A stretch of DNA of 64,000 nucleotides from Chrysomallon squamiferum (taxonomy: Eukaryota > Animalia > Mollusca): the NCBI GenBank assembly GCA_012295275.1, contig CM022673.1, positions 4,216,001-4,280,000 on the forward strand. The letters run 5' to 3'. A program made the translations under genes and the position numbers. Positions 55,454 through 64,000 of the stretch are shown piece by piece (position 1 is the stretch's first letter; each line of letters opens with the position of its first letter). The notes under the pieces were generated by a model, which saw nothing but the letters and a program-made list of their open reading frames with translations, was not told the DNA's origin and made no database searches.

Positions 55454-58400
55454 ATGGCGTTGTCTTCGTCGGCTGAAGCTAAATCTAGCAAAGTTTCGTC
55501 TAAAAACAGCCAAAAAGAAGGTTAAATAATCTTCAGTATTAACGTTATTTATTTTATTTCACCTTCTAAAAAACTGTTATAATATAGTAATTTTGTTTGT
55601 TCAAGTACTTTTTTTAAATAACCTTTTCAGTAATATGCTCCATCACCATAAAATGAAATATATTAAATCCATTGAAAACAATATTGTACCATGTATATGA
55701 ATCCTAATAGACTTTTTTTTTCACCAAATAATAATAACAATAATAAATATTTGACAAATGGTATGTGCTCATTTTGTGTGCTTTCATGTAATTTTATTTA
55801 TTAAGTTGAAGATAAATGATGTTCTGAATTTTGTAAATAAAATATCATTATAAACCTGAATGACCTGCAATCACAATATTCGAAATTTTGTTCTAAAAAT
55901 TAAAATTTAATTAAAGGTATTAGATGAATTAAGCTGAAATATTCTGTAAATTATATGTTTTCTGTATTCCTTCAGTAAATATTCATGACTCTATTTAGTT
56001 TATGCTATTAGTAAAACATTGTAAAATATTTCCCCTACATTCACAAACACCTAACTGGAGGCCTTTTTTTCTATTAATGTTTTTGGATAATATTTTTTTT
56101 AATATATTATTTTATTATTTATTTATTATTCTTTTAGTTTTTCATTATCATTATTATTATTTAATGTTAAATTTAATTTTTAAATTATTATCATAATTTA
56201 TTTACTTTTTTAAATTAAATTATTGTTTTTTTTTTAAAATCTTTATTACATATTCTGAATTAATCTGTGTAATAAATCTGAATTATTTTATCTTCTTCTT
56301 TTTTTTTTCCACTAATATATATGAAGGCATGAATTAGAAGATTCAAAATTTATAAATAATGATTTAAAATATTTGTATTTAAAACAATCAATTTCTAGAA
56401 CTGAAGTTAATTGAGGCTTCAGAAAGAGGTGATGTGGACCAGGTCAGAGAATTGCTCGAGCATACGAAAATAAATTTTGATGTAACTGCTAGAAGAGAAG
56501 GTGTAGGCAAGAGTCCCTTCCACCTGGCATGTTCATATGGTCAGCTAGCAGTAGCTACAGAGTTGCTTATGGTATTAAAGTTCTGCTGTTATTGTGTGGT
56601 TTTTTTTTTTTGGGGGGGGTGTTGTGTTTTTTTAGTAATCTCCATTGTTGGTAACTGATGTCAGTGCTAAATTTTTAAATAAGTGTTCTTTGTAAATAAT
56701 AAAATAATAATAATAATAAAAAAATACTATTAAACTTAATATACTTTTAGATTTATAGGTTGTATTTTATTTCTATCATCTGTCAGGAATTTTAATATGT
56801 GAGTGTCTTTTTTATGTGTGTGAGAGAGTATTTCTGTGTAATTATCTGTGTATATGTGTATGAGAATGTGTTTGTATATATGTAAATTAGTGCATATGTT
56901 TGTATGTTGGTAACTTACATTAATATGACGTCTAATTTTACATAATGATAGGGGGTATTTAGTATTTACGACAGTATTTGTTATCTGTAAGTAATTCTTT
57001 CTGTTGTCCTTTTGGTCACCATCCATCCATCCATGCATTCACTCGTTCTTTCAATCGTTCTTCAGGAAGGAGTCGACCCTGACCAGATCAGCTCACTGGG
57101 TCGGACTCCACTGCATGATGCTTGTATTGGGGGCCATATTGAATGTGTTGAGTTGTTATTAGACCATGTCAAAGATGTTGATAAAGGAGACAGAGAAGGA
57201 CTTAGTGCAGCCCACCTTGCTGCGTACAATGGAGAAATAGAATGTCTTAGCGCTCTTGCTATAAAAGGTGTTCTAGCTATTCTGTGATACTCTGTATATG
57301 TGATATCTTAATGACTTTCCTTTCAGAGTAAACTGTTAGTGATAATTTTAATTTGTTGTTTAGCACGAATCAGATTTAATATCTTTTGTTAAGAATAAAT
57401 TTAAAAAAATAGATCAGTTCATTACTACAGTGGTGTAATTAATTGAAAACTACTGGTTAAGGTAGGCAAATTTTATTATTAATTTATATACTTTATTTAT
57501 TTATTTATTATTTATTATTTATTATTTATTATTTTATTTATTATTATTATTTTATTGTTGTTGTTATTAATAATTATTTTCCTAAATTGAATTTTTCTTT
57601 TAAAATGTCTTTTTATATATTTTTGAAATTACTGCGTATTATTTTTTTAATATATTTTCAGCAGTATAATTTTAATGCAGTAATAATTACTGCAAACTGT
57701 TAAGATAATGTATTTTCAATTGATTCAGCATTTTATTTAACAGGTGCAAGATTAGTGGCAGAAGATAAAAAGGGGAGACAACCAGCACACATGGCTGCTA
57801 TACGCAATCATGTTGATATTCTTATTCTTTTATTTGACCTTGGTGTTGACCTGGATTGCAGATGTGAAACTGGAAGAACACCTCTTCATTATGCCAGTCA
57901 ATATGGAGGTAGATTTTAAAGATTTATTTATGACTTTTATCACAAATATAAGATATGGTTATTGAATGTCATATTAATTTTGGATCTTTTCTGAGTTGAT
58001 CCACAAAAATTGTTTTTTTTTTGTTTAAATATATTTATTTACCATTTCAAAATCAGTTAAGTTAGTATCTGTATATACACTTTGAATTATTAAGAATATA
58101 AATAAATATAAAAGAGTATTTAAGACTTGTATAAACAACTGTAATTATAAAATTTCTGTTGTAACTAAAAAAAAAAAGAAATCTTTTATAATTATCTATA
58201 TTAGAACAACAACAAAAAAAAGAACATATAAAAAAAAAATCAGTTCTTGCTGCATATGAATATACCTAACTCTATGTTCAGCAGTGTTTGCTTATCAAAA
58301 AAGATGCTAAACAAATATATTTTATTTACAAAACAAAAACCACAAATGTGATTCAAAACAGTTATTTTCATTTGAATTATTTGTATAAAATTATATGAAT

Positions 58401-59932
58401 ATGAATAATTGTTGATTCATAAGTATTCACTGATGTGGTGTGTTAACTAAGATAACAAACACATTTATTTTATTTACAAAATTAGTATTTTTGTAAATTA
58501 CAGGGCTGGCCTCACTGATATGCTTGGTGGAACGCGACTGTGACACTATGATGGGAGACAATGGTGGTTGTCTTGCTGCCCACTTGGCTGCCAAATACAA
58601 CAAACTTGACTGTCTGCGCTTTCTTGTCAAGCAGGGAACAGGTCTCGATGCAGTACAAGGAGAGGGGAAAACTTTGGCTCACGTGGTAAAAACACTGTAG
58701 AGAATTTACTTTAAACAAAACATACAAAACGTTTTATTTTCATGTCAATTGAATTAATAAAATAGGGAAAAAAAAAAAAAATTATAACTCTGAATAGTTT
58801 ATTATTTTATAGATTTATGTCTGGATAAAATATTGCAAAAGCTGTTAAAAATTATTACAGGAATCATCGTGGCTAAGAAATAATATATTTTAGTACTGAA
58901 CAGTTAACTAAGAAAATTTAAACTTTTGCCTCAAGGACACAGATTGACCCACTGTACTTTAGACTGAAAAGTTCTGCAAATGCATCCAAGAGATTATAAA
59001 CACTAGATTTCTCTTTTTTTCACTAATTCTGTAACACTGTATTGAAATGATAACCAGTAAATGCACCTGTAAGCACATCCAAAAGGTTGGCAAGGTATTA
59101 AGATTCATCTGTTCTGCAGGCAGCTTACCATGGGTCTGTTCAGGTCCTCCACTGGCTGATGGAAAAGGGAGCTAATCCGAATTTTCAAGATTGTGAGTAT
59201 TTGTTAAAGCATAATATATTAGTGATATTATTAGTTTATATATATATATATATATATTTATTTATTTTTTCTCAACTGGTTAGAAATTAACAATCTAACA
59301 CATTTATGACAATTTATTTCAGATTTTTACAGCTCTAGTTCATCCAGTTCTGCTAATAAAAAAATAAATAATAATAATAATAAAATGAAACTATTGATAA
59401 AATAATTTTTTAAATCTTTGCTACCCAGCAGAATAAAAAAGGACATATTTGTTTTATTGTTTTATCATTATTTTGTTTCTTCAGATTATGGGAATACACC
59501 TGGGCATTACGCAGCAGAAAACGGGAAAGCTGAATGTCTGAACTGTTTTTTACAACACGATGGAGACACAGAGATAGAGAACTTGGAGGGATGCACTCTG
59601 TTTGACACAGCAAGAAAGCATGGACATCCTCTTCTGATGGAAAAAGCAGGTTAGAATCTGATGAATAGAAAACTCTACCAGTATAGTCAAGATAACGTTC
59701 TCATTCCTTTTCACTAAAACCAGGTTTCTCCAAATGTTACAACTTATTTCTGGTATTCCACCTCCAAATCATCCATTTTTACTGTTCTAAAACCATTCTA
59801 GATATTTCCACTTTTTGACAACTGCATAAAAACAACAGAGAAAGTTAGATAGTTTGATATAAAAAATTTCAAATGTTTATTCAGTGTCTGTTAATCAGAA
59901 TCCATTTCATATTATTATTTTGTGCAAGCATG

Positions 59933-59971
<39 letters not shown>

Positions 59972-60917
59972 TTAATTTTTAATATTTTAATATTTTAATT
60001 TATTTTATTTTATTTGCTTATTTTTTAAAGTTTTAACATTTTTTTTTTTTTCAGTACTTAATGAAGTAACATGTCCTCAGTGTTTTTACCACCATCAGCA
60101 ACAAGAGTGGGACAGAACTCATCAGCTGGCACCAGTCCAGAGAGCCATGTCAAAATCTAAGTCCTCAACATTTGTGTCTCCTCTACCACCAGCTCAGTTA
60201 GTTTTTTATTCTTTTATTATTTCATGAACAGCATATAAATAATAGTACATGAACATTATCCAGAGTACTTGAGTAATTTCCCATTCCAATCAGTGCTCAG
60301 TATTTGTTGTGGTTTATACTTTCCTCTCCATGATATATTTGTGTCTCCTTTACCACCAGCTCAATTTATTCTTTTCTTTAAATATTTCATATACAGCATA
60401 TAAACAGTAGTACATAAACATTTTTCAGTGTACTTTCTAATGAGTGATAGGTTTCAGGATCAACACTCCTCCATACCCTTAAGTTATTTCCAGTTCCAGC
60501 TAAAGTTTTGTGTCTGTTCTGGTATTCAATTTTCCCTTTCTAGGAAGGTGCATTTAAAGATTACTTACTGCTAACAGATCAGAAAGAAAAGACATATAAC
60601 CCTTTATATCAAAATATGGTTAATATCTAGTTGAAGTATTAAAATGTTGAATTGTGTGCCAGTGTCAGTAAACTATCTTCATTACTATTTGTGTATTATT
60701 TAATTTGTTTATTATCAGTAGTTTTGTCAGTGTATTAGCTTTAATGACACAACCACTGAACTATAAATGTACCTAATTTTTAAACATTGATTAATAGTAA
60801 AGTTCATTTATTTTATTTATATTATCTTTATCACTCTATTTTTTGTGTTGTTATTATAGCTGTTATTTGTTGCTGTTGGTGTTGGTGTTGTCATTGGTAT
60901 TGTTATTGTTGTTGTTG

Positions 60918-60959
<42 letters not shown>

Positions 60960-61111
60960 CATTATTCAGGAAAACACCTTCTCAACTACAGAAGAACTTA
61001 AAGAAAAGAGAAGCCCAGAAAAAAGCCAAAAAGCTACCAGAAAGAGATCTTGCTGCAAAGTATTACGGAAACTTCCTTGATCCCAATGCAACTTTTCAAT
61101 TTCACTTGTAA
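55454..61111 (+). CDS. Ankyrin repeat-containing protein, 9 coding exons, ~436 aa
   Basis: Exons 55454-55520, 56399-56571, 57066-57267, 57744-57908, 58504-58685, 59120-59192, 59485-59649, 60055-60196, 60970-61111 join in phase (1311 nt). Repeated G.TPLH.A..G motifs (GKSPFHLACSYG, GRTPLHDACIGGH, GRTPLHYASQYG, GNTPGHYAAENG). C-terminal CPQC and a basic tail. Confidence 0.9.
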
Positions 61112-62374
61112 AATATATTTATGAACAAAGGTTGTGCTGGGTTCTCAGGAAGTGGTCAAATTATTTATAATCATGTTAATAAAATTTGAATGAATTACAT
61201 AATTTTTGAAAGTAAATTATTTCAACTGTGATAACATATTCAGTTTTATAAGTTTTTATTGCTATTATTTTTTTCCCCCATTTTTTAATTTTTTTTTTTA
61301 AATGTATCTTTTTAAAATAGTTTTATGATCCTGAGAAGCAGATTGTGTAAAATCATGTTCATGTTATAATCTGTTTATTTTCAATATATTTGGACAAATA
61401 TAAGTCACATGAATGAAAAAGTATGTTACATAAAACCATTTATATTATTTACTGGGTTTTTTAATTTTTATTAATATAAACATCTGATGTATGTACCATA
61501 ATTTTACCATAATTTTATCCAGTTACTTAATAATACCAGTATATTATTTATTTATGTTTGTATGTATGTATGTATATAAATAATAAGATGTATAGATATT
61601 GGTGTGTGTATGTTGTGTGTTTAATTATTACATTATTCCATTATATTAAATTTTGTTGTAACTTTGTATTTTTCTTGTATTTATGGGAATACTGAAACCA
61701 CTTTCTTATAGCCATTTTTTTTAATTATATTTTATTTTTTATTTTTTTATTAATGTGATGAGAAAGTGTAAAAAATACTTTTTTTTTCAACTTAATTTAT
61801 AAAAGAAAAGTTTTTATTTATTTTACAAATTTTTTTTTTCTTTGAAATTTAGATAAAAATATATGTGTGTGTGAAATAACAACAAATGCATTTATTTCTG
61901 ATAAACAGAAGAAAAAAAAAAGAGGAAAAAACAAAAAAGTTAAAAAAGTGAGAAAGAACCCCTATTTAATAGTGATTAGTTGTGATGTAAAATTTTTGCC
62001 AAACTTGAAAGCCAAAATTTTTAACTTATATAATTTCATGTGTTACATGGATTTAAATATAAATAAATATGGATGAATTAAATAATGAACAGTAACCTGT
62101 GTAATATTAATGATTTTTGAAACTTTACACTATATTTTTAAACATTTTATATAGTTCAGTTTTAAAATTTTATACTGTATTTTTATGCATTTCTAGTAAC
62201 TGTTATAATATCAAATATTCATTAAAATTCTAACCAAATGAGTTATTTTAAATGTTATATACAAAACATTTTGAGTTTTATATTATATTTAGTTTTTGAA
62301 TTCACATACTGTTAGAATATTTATAAATAAATGTTTTGAGATGTTTCAGTCTAGTAATAATAATAATTTTTTAT

Positions 62375-62838
62375 TATTATTATTATTTTACAGGATGAAC
62401 TGAACAAAAAAAATTACATGATGTGAAAAACACTTTAATCTTGATTATTTCTATTACAATGTACAGATATTCAGTTGATTTTTATTTTTTAATAATAATA
62501 ATAAATAGCTTTATAATTCTAAATTTGTTAGCAACTAATATTATCTATCTACAATGTACTTTTTCTATATCTTCATACATATATATATTTTAAATTTATT
62601 ATTATTATTCATTTACAGCATGTACTGAACAAGACAAATAAAAATAAAAAATCACATGATGTGAAAAACAGTTTAATCTTGATTATTTCTATTACAATGT
62701 GCAGATATTCAGTTGATTTTTATTATTTAATAATAATAGCTTTATAATTCTAAATTTGTTAGCAACTAATATCATCTATCTACAATGTACTTTTTCTATA
62801 TCTTCATACATATATATATTTTAAATTTATTATTATTA
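62375..62838. repeat. ~230-bp near-identical tandem duplication
   Basis: ACATGATGTGAAAAACA.TTTAATCTTGATTATTTCTATTACAATGT ... TTTTCTATATCTTCATACATATATATATTTTAAATTTATT occurs twice. Confidence 0.92.
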
Positions 62839-64000
62839 ATACTTTTTTGTTTTTTTTATTTTTTTATTTTATATATATATATATAATTTCAATAAATATA
62901 AGAAAATGAATAAAAACAAAACTAATAATACTATAATAAATATTATTAATCAAGCCATATAGTCTTTCATCTGTTGAATCTATTAAACTTGGTCGAATAA
63001 TAGTAGTTTTACTGGAACCAAACAAATAATTAAAATTCATCAAAATAAATGTTCTCTTTTAGCTAAAACACTAAGGAATGATCAACAGATACTCTGAATC
63101 CATGAAATGTATCAACAACTTTAAAAAAAATAAACAACCAAAAACAATTTCATCTCATCTTTTACAAACTGTCATTAAAGCCCTTAAGTAAAAAAAATAA
63201 TCTCCAGAAGAAACAAATATTTCTTCCTTGACTACAACATTAAGAATAATAAAAAGAATCTAAAATATTTTATTAAAAATAATAATAAAAAACAACACAT
63301 TTAAAAAAAAAAAAAAAAAAAAGACCAAAAAAAAAAATGTACCTATATTTAAATATCACCAACATAATCAATGGAATGCCATTAGCAAATGTAAACTAAA
63401 GAAACATATAAACAAATAAACAAAAACAAAATGACAAGATGAAAAATCTAATTTAATAATATACACACAAGAACAAAATAATAATGTATGAACTGTCTTC
63501 AAGTTTCCTTAGTGAAAAAATAGTAAAATAAATTGTTTCTTTCAAACCAATGTTTATACTAGAAAAGAACAGACCTGGGCCACGACAAACTGATAAAACT
63601 GCTAGAAAAGCCTGGAAGAGATGCAAGATCAAGATCAAAGAATGAATATGGGATTTCTATTCATTTCTTGTAAGAAAGCAAAGATGGCAATAATGATGCA
63701 AAATAAGAAATAATAATTAGAAACCTGTACACTTACTATAAAATGTCCAGACTAGGGAAGACACTCAGTGAAATCCAACTTAAGAGAGCAAGCCTGTTTC
63801 AGGAGTAGATAGGTACTCACTGACATTCCATATCCATGTTGCAAACCAGACTAAAACAGAACAGCCAAGAATACAGTATCCCTCTCTGCATGGCTCTTGT
63901 CTAGTAGAAGAAGGTTTTTGAACAGTATAATCTCAAGCAATACTGACAAAACTCCATGTACAGGGGAGAAAAGAAAGATGCTTACACCACACCTATCACA

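Noticed and set aside
63570-64000. GC-richer right edge as a coding exon or LINE remnant
   Set aside because: Stops interrupt the frames examined, no motif was confidently recognised, and the region is truncated by the window.

Overview
AT-rich, intron- and microsatellite-rich animal genomic DNA. It is probably lophotrochozoan/molluscan; this is an inference from a Nin-type SINE remnant and the composition. Manual exon assembly gives five complete protein-coding genes. TSSC4 (-, one coding exon) is head-to-head with a 14-exon ACTL6A/BAF53 gene (+, ~426 aa) that contains a U12-type GT-AG minor intron. Two tandem ZIP8/ZIP14-type (CEELPHE) SLC39 metal transporter paralogues follow on the minus strand (~457 and ~512 aa). 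The second is head-to-head with a 9-exon ankyrin-repeat gene (+, ~436 aa). Mobile DNA: two copies of a Tigger/pogo-derived element, a Tc1/mariner MITE and a decayed SINE. Most notable observations: (i) the two ZIP paralogues lie in opposite CpG domains, and two copies of one transposon record this directly (5/5 differences in a 34-nt block are CpG decay in the ACTL6A copy); (ii) exon ends plus their splice sites have been duplicated into the adjacent intron at five places in four genes; (iii) an intronic CCAAT/CRE/AP-1 cluster precedes a candidate antisense exon in the divergent ZIP; (iv) a twin-hairpin element lies in the TSSC4/ACTL6A divergent region. Coordinates were counted by hand and may be off by a few bases. 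No database searches were run.
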